In this document: positions 11,542 through 22,009 of the stretch, piece after piece | Layout: each line of letters begins with the position of its first letter | Position numbering within the stretch: the first letter of the stretch is position 1 | Origin: Candidatus Bathyarchaeota archaeon | GTDB taxonomy: Archaea; Thermoproteota; Bathyarchaeia; Bathyarchaeales; DTEX01 | DNA: 64,000 nt | Direction of reading: 5' to 3' | Assembly (NCBI GenBank): GCA_963714275.1 | Contig: CAVQNT010000002.1 | Location: forward strand, 704,001 to 768,000 | Notes under the pieces: model-generated | Told to the model about the DNA's origin: nothing | What the model saw: the letters and a program-made list of their open reading frames with translations, nothing else | The model's database searches: none | Position numbers and translations under genes: made by a program

Positions 11542-12532
11542 TTACTTTTCGATGCCTGAGGTCTTCCTAATGGTCTTGCCAACCTGTTCAAGCGGATGCT
11601 TCTCAATCTCGTCCATGAGGGCTTTGAGCTTCTTTTCTCCAGACTTGTGATCCTCAACCCATTCTTTGGCGAAACTGCCGTCTTGGACAGCTTTTGCGGC
11701 TTTTTTCATGTTTTCTTTAACGTGGCTGTCAACAACTTTAGGACCTACTATCAGTCCGCCGTATTTTGCTGTGTCTGACACCGCTCGAAGCATGCCGATG
11801 ATTCCTTTCTGGTATATGAGGTCCATTATGAGTTTGGCTTCGTTGCAGGCTTCGAAGTAGGCTAGCTCAGCTGGATAGCCGTTTTCAACGAGCACCTCGA
11901 ACCCGTTCTTTATGAGTCTCAATTAAGCCGCCAACCAGAACCGTCTGTTCCCCAATGAGGTCGCTTTCAGTCTCATCCTTGAAAGTGGTCTCGATAACTC
12001 CAGCCCTTGTGCTGCCAAGCGCCTTCGCAGCAGCCAAAGCGGTCTCCATGGCTTTGCCTGAAGGATTCTGGTAAACAGCAACCAATGCAGGCACCCCGAA
12101 GCCGTTTTGATATGTTTCCCTTAGCCTGATGCCTGGACTTTTTGGAGCAACCATTATCACGTCCACATTTTTTGGTGGGACAATCTGTTTGAAGCGGATG
12201 TTGAAGCCGTGGGCGAAGTCCAAGGTCTTGCCTTCAGACAGGTAGGGAGTGATTGATTGCTTGTAAATGTCGGGTTGAACCATGTCGGGCACCAAAACGA
12301 AGATAACGTCAGCCTTTTTCGCTGCTTCTGAGATTTGGTAGACTTTGAATCCGTCTTTTTTGGCTCTTTCCCAAGATTCTCCTCCTGACCTGAGGCCTAC
12401 GATGACATTTAAGCCTGAGTCTCTCATGTTCTGAGCTTGCGCGTGTCCTTGGCTGCCGTATCCGATTACGGCTATTGTTTTGTCTTTCAACGGATTTAGA
12501 GATGCGTCTTTTTCGAAATATACCTTAACCAT
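11542..12532 (-). CDS. ilvC: Ketol-acid reductoisomerase, frameshift near 11920
   Basis: [53 protein letters not shown]. Confidence 0.95.
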
Positions 12533-12551
12533 TTTCCGAATTCACCTTTCC

Positions 12552-13073
12552 TTACTCCATTCTTGTTGATCTCATTCCTCTTGATAATGCAGTAACGCCT
12601 GTTCTCGCAATTTCCTTCAAGCCGAAGGGTCTCATCAACTCGATGAAGGCGTTTATTTTGTCCGAGTCGCCCGTGATTTCGACGACTAACGAATCGTGCG
12701 CAACGTCAACGACGTGTCCCTTAAAGATTTCAGTGTAGTTGATGACGTCCGACCTGACCTTCGTGTCAACCGTGTTCACTTTGACAAGCGCCAGCTCCCT
12801 GGAAACAGTGTTTTCAGGCTCCAGAATGCTGACTTTAACGACGTCTATGAGTTTCTGGAGCTGCTTAACGCTTTGTTCAACCATTCTTTCGTCTCCCTTG
12901 ATCGTCACCGTCAACCGGGCAAGGTCCTTCTGTTCTGCTGCTCCAACAGTTATGGTTTCAATGTTGAAGCCTCTCCTTCGGAACATGTTGGAGACGCTGT
13001 AGAGCACACCGGGCTTGTGTTCAACGATTGCTGATACTATATACATTTTTTCTTCTTTCGGCATACAAATCAC
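12552..13073 (-). CDS. ilvH: Acetolactate synthase small (regulatory) subunit
   Basis: EHKPGVL, FRRRGFNIETI, RELALVKV, EIARTG. Confidence 0.95.
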   Translation of the reverse strand: MICMPKEEKMYIVSAIVEHKPGVLYSVSNMFRRRGFNIETITVGAAEQKDLARLTVTIKGDERMVEQSVKQLQKLIDVVKVSILEPENTVSRELALVKVNTVDTKVRSDVINYTEIFKGHVVDVAHDSLVVEITGDSDKINAFIELMRPFGLKEIARTGVTALSRGMRSTRME

Positions 13074-14746
13074 CCAATCATTATCTTGTCAATTCCAGCT
13101 CCCGGAGGAACCATTGGGAACACGTTCTGCTCAGGCGAAATCGGCACGTCAACGACCGTTGTGACGTCGCTCTTGATTGCTGCTTTCACGGCTTTCACGA
13201 ACTCCTCTGGTGAGCCAACACGAACACCTTGAGCCCCATAAGCCTCCGCTAACTTGACGAAGTCAGGATTCTTTCCAAGGTCGATGCCAGAGTAACGTCT
13301 ATCATAGAACATCCTCTGCCACTGTGCCACCATGCCTAAAACCGAATTGTTCAGCACTATGACCGTGACTGGAATTTTCCAAGCGACCGAGGAAGCCAAG
13401 TCCTGTTCAGTCATGACGAAACTTCCGTCGCCAGCAATGTCCACAACAGGAACGTTGGGGCACGCGACTTTTGCTCCGAGAGACGCGGGAAAACCGAAGC
13501 CCATTGTGCCAAGACCGCCTGAACTGATGAACGTTCTAGGCTCGTAAGATTTCAGATATAAAGCTGCCCACATCTGGTTCTGGCCAACTTCAGTGGTTAT
13601 TATCGCGTTTTCAGGCAGTATCTTCCGCAGTTCGACTAACAGGTGTATAGGAGTCATCCCGTCCTTGTTCTCCATCTCAGCCTGCTGCTTCTTCTGTTCC
13701 TGGATCCTACTCATCCACGTTGACCGTTCCTTCTTACGGAAACTTTTTACGAGACGGTCTTGGATGGCTTTCAGGGCAATCTTCGCGTCGGCAACGATCG
13801 GAACGTGCGGTCTGATGTTTTTTCCAATCTCAGCAGGATCAATGTCTATGTGAATTATTTTTGCGTCTCGACAGAACGTTTCAGCTTTTCCTGTGCTTCT
13901 GTCCGTGAACCGCATTCCAACCGCAAGCAACACGTCTGCTTCGGGAACAATTTTGTTCGCGGTTATGGTTCCATGCATTCCCAGCATCCCAAGCGATAAT
14001 GGATGGTTTTCGGGGATGCAGCCTTTCCCCATAAGCGTTGTCGAAATGGGTGCAACGAGAAGCTCAGCTAAGGCTAAAAGCTCCTGCGACGCCCCTGAAG
14101 TGATCACTCCGCCGCCAGCAACAATAACAGGTCTTTCAGCTTGAATCAACAGTTTCACTGCTTTCTCTATCTGCAGTGGGTGAGGCTCAACGTTTGGTTT
14201 GTAACCTCGTAGACTTATACCATTGTCGAATTCCATGTTGTCCACTTCTGTCTGGGTGTCCTTGGGCAAGTCAACAAGCACAGGTCCAGGTCGACCTGTT
14301 GAGGCGACATAAAAAGCTGTTTTCACTATCTTGTGAATCTCTTTGGCACTCGTGATTTGAAAGTTGCATTTGGTTATCGGTGTCGTTACGCCTACTATGT
14401 CGGTTTCCTGAAAAGCGTCTTTCCCTATGAAGGCTCTTGGAACGTTGCCTGTGAAAGCAATGATCGGCGAAGAATCCATGTATGCGTTGGCTATGCCTGT
14501 GACGAGGTTTGTTGCCCCAGGTCCAGAGGTTGACATGCAAACGCCGACTCGTCCACTTGCGCGGGCGTATCCGTCAGCCGCGTGAGCTGCACATTGTTCA
14601 TGCCTCATTAGGATGTGTTTTATGTCTGAGTCGTAAAGCACGTCGTAGATGGGTAACACGTATCCTCCAGGTATGCCGAAGATGACTTCGACTTTCTGTT
14701 TCTTCAAGGATTCGATTAGAGCTTTGGCGCCTGACATTTTCACCAT
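13070..14746 (-). CDS. ilvB: Acetolactate synthase large subunit
   Basis: RHEQCAAHAADGYAR, TSGPGATN, GGLGTMGFG, and the TPP motif GDGSF...NNSVLGMV. Confidence 0.95.
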   Translation of the reverse strand: MVKMSGAKALIESLKKQKVEVIFGIPGGYVLPIYDVLYDSDIKHILMRHEQCAAHAADGYARASGRVGVCMSTSGPGATNLVTGIANAYMDSSPIIAFTGNVPRAFIGKDAFQETDIVGVTTPITKCNFQITSAKEIHKIVKTAFYVASTGRPGPVLVDLPKDTQTEVDNMEFDNGISLRGYKPNVEPHPLQIEKAVKLLIQAERPVIVAGGGVITSGASQELLALAELLVAPISTTLMGKGCIPENHPLSLGMLGMHGTITANKIVPEADVLLAVGMRFTDRSTGKAETFCRDAKIIHIDIDPAEIGKNIRPHVPIVADAKIALKAIQDRLVKSFRKKERSTWMSRIQEQKKQQAEMENKDGMTPIHLLVELRKILPENAIITTEVGQNQMWAALYLKSYEPRTFISSGGLGTMGFGFPASLGAKVACPNVPVVDIAGDGSFVMTEQDLASSVAWKIPVTVIVLNNSVLGMVAQWQRMFYDRRYSGIDLGKNPDFVKLAEAYGAQGVRVGSPEEFVKAVKAAIKSDVTTVVDVPISPEQNVFPMVPPGAGIDKIMIG

Positions 14747-14821
14747 TTTAGATCCTTCCTAGTTATCTTTGGTTCAAAGGATCTTTCGGTTTGCATGTCC
14801 TCATCGAGAACTGCACAATAG

Positions 14822-14880
14822 ACATTGGGAATGTTTAAAAATCTTTTTGGGCTATGTGCTGGAGAAAACATTGGGAATCT
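14822..14880. promoter_or_regulatory. Two palindromic operator-like sites (ACATTgggAATGT 14822-14834; ACATTgggAATCT 14868-14880) flanking a minus-strand BRE/TATA (AAAAAGATTTTTAAA, ~14834-14848) upstream of ilvB
   Basis: 11-bp direct repeat ACATTGGGAAT, itself a 5-3-5 inverted repeat. A similar site lies at 16665-16677. Confidence 0.55.
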
Positions 14881-14884
14881 CGTT

Positions 14885-14929
14885 TTAGAAGCGGAGGAAA
14901 AGGTCCCTCCGTACCCGAATATCCCTCAC
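14885..14929 (-). other. Putative leader ORF (GTG start, MRDIRVRRDLFLRF) upstream of the ilvB operon
   Basis: GGAGG 8 nt upstream of the GTG, BRE/TATA (AAAAAGCTTATAAG) at 14979-14992, and an internal 8-bp hairpin. Confidence 0.35.
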
Positions 14930-15036
14930 TTTTTTGTCCTCCAGAGGAAACGAAACCGAGACTACTATCAACAGGATACTTATAAGCTTTTTGAACTCGT
15001 TGTTCTGTGTAAGCATTTTCAATGTTATGCTAAATA

Positions 15037-16579
15037 TTATTTGCCTGATGTAGTGTTGTTTTCTGTTTTGTTGTGGTTGCTCATGAGGACGTTCATGCCG
15101 TTCAGCATGGCTTCGACGCTTGCCATAACGATGTCTCCGTGGGCTCCCATCGCCGTGGCTATTCTGTCGCCTTTCCTCAGCCTAACAATGACTTCGACCA
15201 AGGCGTTTGTGCCCCCCGTTATGGCGTTAACGTGATATTCATCAAGCCTGATAGGTTCAACGGCGGAAACAGCCTTCCTTATGGCGCTCATCGCAGCGTC
15301 AACTGGGCCAATGCCCGTAGCAGCCTCAGTTAAAAGCTTACCGTTAAGGTTCAGCCTAACCGAAGCCGTGGGTGTAACGCGGTCTCCGGTCACGACTGTT
15401 AGTTCCTCGAGCTTTATCGCCCGTGTACTCGGTAACTCCATGATGGACTCAGCGACCGCCTGAAGGTCAGCGTCAGTGATCCGTTTGCCCTTGTCGCCCA
15501 ACGTTTTTACGCGTTGAAAAATCTCGTTCAGCTGCACATCGGTTGGATTGAGACCCATTTCTTTCAGAACCGCTCCGATGCCCCGTGACCCAGCGAGTTT
15601 TCCGACTGCCAGCCTTCTTGTGCGTCCAACAATCTCCGGCGGAATCGGCTCGTATGTCAAGGGATCAGCAAGTATGGCGTGGGTGTGGATGCCAGCTTCG
15701 TGAACGAAGGCGTTTTCGCCGACGATTGCCTTGTTCGGTTGAACCGGGATTCCGGTGAGGCGCGAAAATAGCAGTGAAGTGTCATACAGCCGTTCAGTCT
15801 TCATGGACATTTCGACGTTGTAGAGCAGCTTCAATGAAACAACGACTTCTTCTAAAGCCGCGTTTCCAGCTCTTTCACCCAGCCCGTTTACTGTGACGTG
15901 AACCTCTTCTGCTCCTGCTTTTAGGGCAGCTATCGAGTTTGCGACGGCCATGCCGAAGTCGTCGTGGCAGTGCACACCTAGGTGAGCTTCTGGGAAAGCC
16001 TGCTTAAGTTCTGAATAGAAATCGTTCGTCTTTTCCGGCGTCAATACGCCTACAGTGTCGCACGGAGTCACCCTGTCTATGCCTGCTGATGTGCCTGCTT
16101 CTATCATGTTTTTGAGGAAAGCTGTGTCTGCTCGGGTTGCGTCTTCAAGTCCTAGCTCGACAAGCAGTCCACGCGTTTTGGCGTATTTGACTGTTTCTCG
16201 GGTGAGCTTAAGCACGTCTTCCCTTGTCTTTTTGAGTTTATGTTGGATGTGCAGGTCTGAGGCTGGGATGACGAGGAAAACTGAGTTCGAGCCGCTTTCA
16301 ACGACTGCGTCTACGTCTTTTTTGACTCCTCTGGCGAAGCTGCATATTTCAGCTTTGAGTCCTTCTTTGACTATGCTTTTGATGGCTTCCATTTCGCCTT
16401 CGGATGCAGCAGCGAATCCCGCCTCGATGACATCGACTCCTAAATGGTCAAGCTGCTTGGCTAAGGCTGTTTTCTTTTCAGAAGTTAAAGAAGCTCCGGG
16501 GGTTTGTTCGCCGTCTCTCAGGGTTGTGTCGAAAATTCGGATTTTACTTGGGAAGCGGTTGGATAAAGCAATACCCCAT
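15037..16579 (-). CDS. cimA: (R)-citramalate synthase / isopropylmalate synthase paralog; start ATG out of frame by one G in a G-run
   Basis: The frame extends upstream of 16392 with [16 protein letters not shown]; HCHDDFGMA, HEAGIH. As a second LeuA-family gene beside the ilv genes it fits CimA. Confidence 0.7.
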
Positions 16580-16664
16580 TTTCAGTAACACCGAAACAAC
16601 AACGCATATGCAAGGTGTATAAAAGCCTTTTGGTGCCCAAGTCCAGACAGCGAAACTCCGAAAC

Positions 16665-16687
16665 ACATTGTAAATGATTTTAAAGTA
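16665..16687 (+). promoter_or_regulatory. Operator-like ACATTgtaAATGA abutting a TATA-like TTTTAAAGTA upstream of ilvD (divergent cimA/ilvD region)
   Basis: 9 of 10 palindrome positions match the ilvB site. Confidence 0.45.
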
Positions 16688-16713
16688 TAGGGAAAAGGTT
16701 TAAGAGCGTACGG

Positions 16714-18396
16714 TTGAACAAGTTTTTGGTTTTAGGTTTGAGAAGCGATACTGTTAAGCGTGGATTGGAGAGGGCTCCTCACCGGGCAATTTGGAAGTGC
16801 CTAGGGCTAACCGAAGACGATTTCAGTAAACCCTTCATTGCAGTAGCTAACAGCTTCACCGAAACGGTTCCGGGACACATGCACCTAAACAGGCTTGTTG
16901 AATCTGTTAAGGCTGGAGTTCAAGCTGCTGGAGGAGTGCCTTTCGAGTTCAATACGATTGCCATATGCGATGGCTTAGCCATGGGCCACGAAGGAATGAA
17001 CTATTCTCTTCCCTCAAGGGAACTGATAGCTGACTCCGTGGAGGTCATGGTTCAGGCACACAGGTTCGACGGGCTTGTATTGTTAACCAACTGTGACAAG
17101 ATCACGCCTGGAATGATGATGGCTGCAGCGCGTTTAGATATTCCATCAATCGTTGTGACGGGAGGCCCAATGCTTTCAGGCTTCTATAAGGGTAGAAAAG
17201 TCGATGTTACTGCGATTTTTGAAGCTGTGGGAGAAGCCTCAGCAGGAAAAATAACAGAAGAAGACCTCAAAGAAATCGAAGACAGGGCATTCCCCGGATG
17301 CGGCTCCTGCAATGGCATGTACACAGCGAATACCATGGCATGCGTAGCTGAATCCATCGGAATGTCTCTGCCAGGTTGCGCCACAGCCTTGGCTGTCTCA
17401 TCCGAGAAGGCAAGAATAGCTAAAAAAAGTGGAGAAAGGGTCGTCGGATTAGTTAAAGAGGAGACAAAACCTTCCGCCATCCTGACGCGGAAAGCGTTTG
17501 AGAATGCCATAACGGTGGACATGGCGCTTGGAGGTTCAACCAATACTGTTCTACACTTGAAAGCCATAGCCAACGAAGCTGGTATAGGCTTGCCATTGGA
17601 AGTCTTCGACGAGAAAGCGAGAAGGACGCCTCACCTGTGTGACATGAGGCCAGGAGGACCACATGACCTCGCAGAACTCGACGCGGCAGGAGGAATCCTA
17701 GCTGTCATGAGGCTACTCAGCGACAGGCTTCATTTGAACGCCATCACCGTGACTGGTGCTACGGTCAAAGAAAACATCAAGGACGCGCCCTTATACGACA
17801 CTGACGTAATTCGACCTTTGGAAAATCCTATTCATAAAGAGGGCGGGATAGGTGTACTAAGTGGAAACTTGGCTCCTAATGGCGCTGTTGTGAAGGTTAC
17901 CGCCGTGCCTTCTAAAATGCTTGTTTACAAGGGTCCAGCAAGAGTTTTTGACTCCGAAGAGGAGACGATGAAGGCGATACTTAAGAAACAAATCAAAGCT
18001 GGAGACGTTGTCGTCATACGTTACGAAGGACCAAAAGGCGGACCAGGAATGAGAGAGATGCTTTCCCCAACAGCAGCAATAGCTGGCATGGGTTTAATCG
18101 AGTCCGTGGCTTTTGTAACTGATGGCAGATACTCAGGCGCAACGAGAGGACTCTGCATAGGTCACGTTTCTCCTGAAGCAGCTGCAAGCGGTCCCATAGC
18201 AGCTTTGCAGAATGGCGACATAGTCCAAATCGATGTTCCGAAAAGGACCTTAAATGTCGTGTTAAATGACGAAGAGTTGAAGAACCGTTTGGCTAAGTGT
18301 AAGCCTAAGCCACCAAAGATTCAGAAGGGCTATCTCAGAAGGTACTGGGCTCTTGTGCAGTCAGCAAACGACGGCGCAACGTTCAGGACTCCATGA
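16714..18396 (+). CDS. ilvD: Dihydroxy-acid dehydratase
   Basis: [54 protein letters not shown]. Confidence 0.97.
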   Translation: MNKFLVLGLRSDTVKRGLERAPHRAIWKCLGLTEDDFSKPFIAVANSFTETVPGHMHLNRLVESVKAGVQAAGGVPFEFNTIAICDGLAMGHEGMNYSLPSRELIADSVEVMVQAHRFDGLVLLTNCDKITPGMMMAAARLDIPSIVVTGGPMLSGFYKGRKVDVTAIFEAVGEASAGKITEEDLKEIEDRAFPGCGSCNGMYTANTMACVAESIGMSLPGCATALAVSSEKARIAKKSGERVVGLVKEETKPSAILTRKAFENAITVDMALGGSTNTVLHLKAIANEAGIGLPLEVFDEKARRTPHLCDMRPGGPHDLAELDAAGGILAVMRLLSDRLHLNAITVTGATVKENIKDAPLYDTDVIRPLENPIHKEGGIGVLSGNLAPNGAVVKVTAVPSKMLVYKGPARVFDSEEETMKAILKKQIKAGDVVVIRYEGPKGGPGMREMLSPTAAIAGMGLIESVAFVTDGRYSGATRGLCIGHVSPEAAASGPIAALQNGDIVQIDVPKRTLNVVLNDEELKNRLAKCKPKPPKIQKGYLRRYWALVQSANDGATFRTP

Positions 18397-18451
18397 CTTA
18401 AGCTTTTAAGCCCTAAACATGAAGATAACGAGAAGTTGAGGCGAAGCATCC

Positions 18452-18923
18452 TTGAAATACGATGTTACTCTGGCTTTGGCTGATAAGCCTGGCCATCTGC
18501 TGAAGGCTTTGGAGCCAATTGCTAAAAACGGCGGAAACATAATCTCGATAATACACGAACGGGAGAAGCCAGCTGAAGGCTTCGTTCCAGTCAGCCTTGT
18601 TCTGGATTTTCCGTCAAAATGGAACTTGAGAAAGACAATCGACGACCTGAAAGCCCTAGACGTGGCAATAATCAAGTCTGAGGAAATCATCGAAACAACC
18701 AGCGTAACGTTGATCCTCATAGGTAAAATGGACCTAAAGAAGCTCATCGAAACCAAGTTTGAAAACACGAGAATCACGGGATTTGAGGTTTCTGCTCCAA
18801 GCTCCAAAGAAGCCTGCGTAAAAATGGACTTGGAAGTTCCCACAAACCTCGTAGAAACGGTTCTCGGTGAACTGAAAAAGAATCTCAAAGGAAGAAAACG
18901 CGATTCTAATATCCTCAGTCTAG
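18452..18923 (+). CDS. ACT-domain protein (allosteric partner of homoserine dehydrogenase), probable frameshift near 18878
   Basis: LADKPGHLLKALEPIAKNGGNIISIIH ACT signature, directly upstream of hom. The shifted frame ends ...KEENAILISSV* at 18923. Confidence 0.8.
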
Positions 18924-18941
18924 GAAAGGTGCACAATAAAA

Positions 18942-19943
18942 ATGAAAGCAATTATTGTCGGGTTCGGCTTTATGGGAAGAGACCTCTTAAGGGTCCTTCA
19001 CGAAAAATCGGATGTTGTTGCGAAGTTTGACGGAGAGTTTAAGGTTGTCGGCGTTTCGAACAGCAAGGGATACATTTATGAGAAGAAAGGCTTGGACCTT
19101 GAGAAGCTGCTGAAAACCGAAGCCCTCTTAGACTACGGCAAAAGCTTCAGTGCCGGAGGCTCTTCGCTTGAGCTCATCGAAAAAAGTGGCGCAGACTTAA
19201 TGGTTGAGGCTACCTTGACTCGCATAAAGGACGGGGAACCCGGCGTAACCTTCATCAAAGAAGCTTTGGGTAAGGGAATCCATGTAGTCACCCCAAACAA
19301 AGGGCCATTAGTTGTTGCCTTTAAGGAGCTTACATCTCTGGCTGAGAAGAGCGGCTGCGAGTTCCTCTACGAGGCTACGGTTGCTGGAGCAGTTCCCGTG
19401 TTCTCTCTTGTTCGCGAGTGTTTGCAGGGCGACAGAGTGCAGCGGATTTCGGGCATACTTAATGGAACAACGAACTACATTCTCTCGAAGATGTATTTTG
19501 AGGAAACCAGCTTCGAACTTGCACTGAAAGAGGCGCAAGAAAGAAGAATTTGCGAGCGAGACTCATCCTATGACGTGGACGGTATCGACGCCACCTGTAA
19601 GGTGGTAATATTGGCTAACGCGTTGATGAAAAGAAACGTCATGTTCGGAGACGTTGAACGGCTAGGTATACGTGACATCACCCAAGAGGCTGTTAGCTTG
19701 GCGAAGAAGGCGAACTACGCTATTAAACTGGTTGGCACAATTGATGGAAACCTTCAAGTTGCGCCGAAACTGGTTCCGATTAACCACCCGCTTTGTGTCC
19801 ATGGCACTCTTAACGCTGTTCATTTAGAAACGGATTTGGCTAAGGAGATAACATTGATAGGTTACGGAGCGGGAAAAGAATCGATCTCAGCAGTCTTTAA
19901 TGATGTGCTTACGATTCTGAAAAAGGCAAAATCAGCCACTTAA
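18942..19943 (+). CDS. hom: Homoserine dehydrogenase
   Basis: VGFGFMG, HVVTPNKGP, YEATVAGAVP, GILNGTTNYIL, DVDGID. Confidence 0.95.
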   Translation: MKAIIVGFGFMGRDLLRVLHEKSDVVAKFDGEFKVVGVSNSKGYIYEKKGLDLEKLLKTEALLDYGKSFSAGGSSLELIEKSGADLMVEATLTRIKDGEPGVTFIKEALGKGIHVVTPNKGPLVVAFKELTSLAEKSGCEFLYEATVAGAVPVFSLVRECLQGDRVQRISGILNGTTNYILSKMYFEETSFELALKEAQERRICERDSSYDVDGIDATCKVVILANALMKRNVMFGDVERLGIRDITQEAVSLAKKANYAIKLVGTIDGNLQVAPKLVPINHPLCVHGTLNAVHLETDLAKEITLIGYGAGKESISAVFNDVLTILKKAKSAT

Positions 19944-19949
19944 TACAGA

Positions 19950-21223
19950 CTAACAAATAACCATAATACTAGGCTTTTGATTTTCAGTCGCTTCTGAAAC
20001 CATTAACTGTTCAACAGCTTCAAGTGTGGCTTCAACCTCGACTGGCACAGGAAACTTTTTGAGCACAATCTCTGGGTCTTTAAGCCCGTGACCCGTAAGG
20101 ACGCAGACAACTTTTTCGTCTTCGTCTATGAGACTCTTTTTTGCGAGCTTGATGAGCCCTGCGACTGAAGCAGCGCTTGCAGGTTCAACGAACAATCCTT
20201 CAAGCTGAGCCAGCAGCCTTTGAGCATCGAGGATTTCGCTGTCGGAAACGGTTTCAACAAGCCCATTAGACTCCTTGATGGCGTTGACGGCTTTTTTCCA
20301 GTTCACCGGCGACCCTATTCTAATGGCCGTCGCAATAGTTTCAGGCTTCTTGACAAACTTGACCTCCATCAAGCCCTGTTTTACGGAGTGTGCTATAGGT
20401 GCAGCTCCTTCAGCCTGTATACCGACCATCTGTGGAAGCTTTTCGGTTAAACCAAGTTCATAGAGTCTCTTTAAAACCCTTCCAATAAGCGCTGATGTTC
20501 CCGGCGTTTCCAATTGGTACAATTAACTTGTCTGGGACTTGACGATCTAGTTGGTCTCGTATCTCGAAGGCTGCCGTTTTTTGGCCTTCTAAACGGAACG
20601 GATTCAAAGAATTCAGCATATAGACTGGTCGTTTGAGGCAAAGCTCCTGCACAATTTTCAACGCTTGGTCGAAGTTTCCCCTAATCTGGACGACCTTGGC
20701 TCCGTGAACTATGGCTTGGGTTAATTTGCCAAAAGCTACCTTTCCTGAAGGAATAAGCACCATACATTCAAGCCCAGCTTTCAGCTGCGTAGGCAGCCAG
20801 AGACGCTGAGGTGTTACCCGTCGAGGCACACATGACCTTTTTCATCTTTAACTCCAAAGCCTTGGAAACACCGACAGTCATCCCTCGGTCCTTGAATGAG
20901 CCAGTTGGATTTTCGCCCTCGTTTTTGGCGTAAAGGTTTTTTATGCCGATTTTTTCCGAAAGTTTATGGCACTGGTTCAGGCTTGTACCGCCTTCTCCCA
21001 GCGTAACTATTTTCTTTTCGTCTTCAACTGGCAACAGTTCAGCGTATTTCCAAACTGATAAACCGCGGTTCTCCCATTCTGCGTCAAGGTTAGAAGGCAG
21101 TTTGGAAAAGTCATACTTTACTGCTAGCAAACCACCGCATTTGTAGCAGGTGTAGATAACCATGTGTGGGTTGTATTCAGCTCCGCAGTCGATGCATTCA
21201 AGGTAGTAAGAATCCGCGTCCAT
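19950..21223 (-). CDS. thrC: Threonine synthase (canonical), frameshifts near 20780 and 20465
   Basis: N-terminal CxxC/Cxx[11 protein letters not shown] with PLP Lys, [33 protein letters not shown] across three ORFs. Confidence 0.9.
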
Positions 21224-21365
21224 GAAGGCTTAGCTCCGTAAACAAATCTCGCCTAAACGGTTCGTAAATATCGCCAGTTCCCTTAAAACATTATTGCCCC
21301 AACTAAGGGGTTCTGAAAGATTTCCGACAACAAATATTATAGTCACTTCGCCGTATCTGCAAAGT

Positions 21366-21875
21366 ATGCCTTTGACGCCGTTCCATCTCGGTCCGGGACT
21401 CTTCATTCCGCTGCTGTTATTGAACATCGTGGATTTGCCTACGTTTCTGATTGCCAGCGTTATATTGGACATCGAACCAATTCTAATTTTGTCTCTGTCC
21501 CTTCAATACCCAGTTCACGGCTTCCTCCATTCCTTCATGGGAGGCTCAATTGTTGCCTTAGTTCTCACCGTCATCATGTTTAGATTCAGAAAACTCTTTT
21601 CACCAGTGACGTCGTTCTTCAAACTTGAACAGAAATGGTCTATTACTAGCATCTCAGTTGCTTCTTTTTTAGGCATCTACCACCACCTGTTCTTGGACGC
21701 ACAGATACATCAGGACATGCAGCCATTTTTCCCGTTAACAATAAATCCGTTTTTGAACCAAAGTTCACTCGCTGGGCTAATACCAGTAATCTTTTGCGTG
21801 TGGTGCTTCTTCGGGGCAATGATGATGTATTCTATCAGGCTTGCCACTTTCGCAAGAAGGTCCAAAAAACTGTAA
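21366..21875 (+). CDS. Membrane protein, metal-dependent hydrolase-like (DUF4184/YdjM-like)
   Basis: MPLTPFH, ILDIEP, HGFLHS, HHLFLD, PFFPL motifs; hydrophobic. Confidence 0.7.
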   Translation: MPLTPFHLGPGLFIPLLLLNIVDLPTFLIASVILDIEPILILSLSLQYPVHGFLHSFMGGSIVALVLTVIMFRFRKLFSPVTSFFKLEQKWSITSISVASFLGIYHHLFLDAQIHQDMQPFFPLTINPFLNQSSLAGLIPVIFCVWCFFGAMMMYSIRLATFARRSKKL

Positions 21876-22009
21876 AATAATTTAGTCCAACATCATCTTA
21901 AATGAAGATAACAATTTAAGGCTGTTAACTGTTCATGCGTGCAAGTTAAAAAACTTAGGCATTTATGCATGAAAAGGCGAAATTGATAGACTGATGCGGG
22001 GTACAACGG

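Noticed and set aside
14825-15235. 136-aa plus-strand ORF across the ilvB-cimA gap
   Set aside because: Antisense to the cimA 3' end and overlapping promoter elements; no recognisable protein features.
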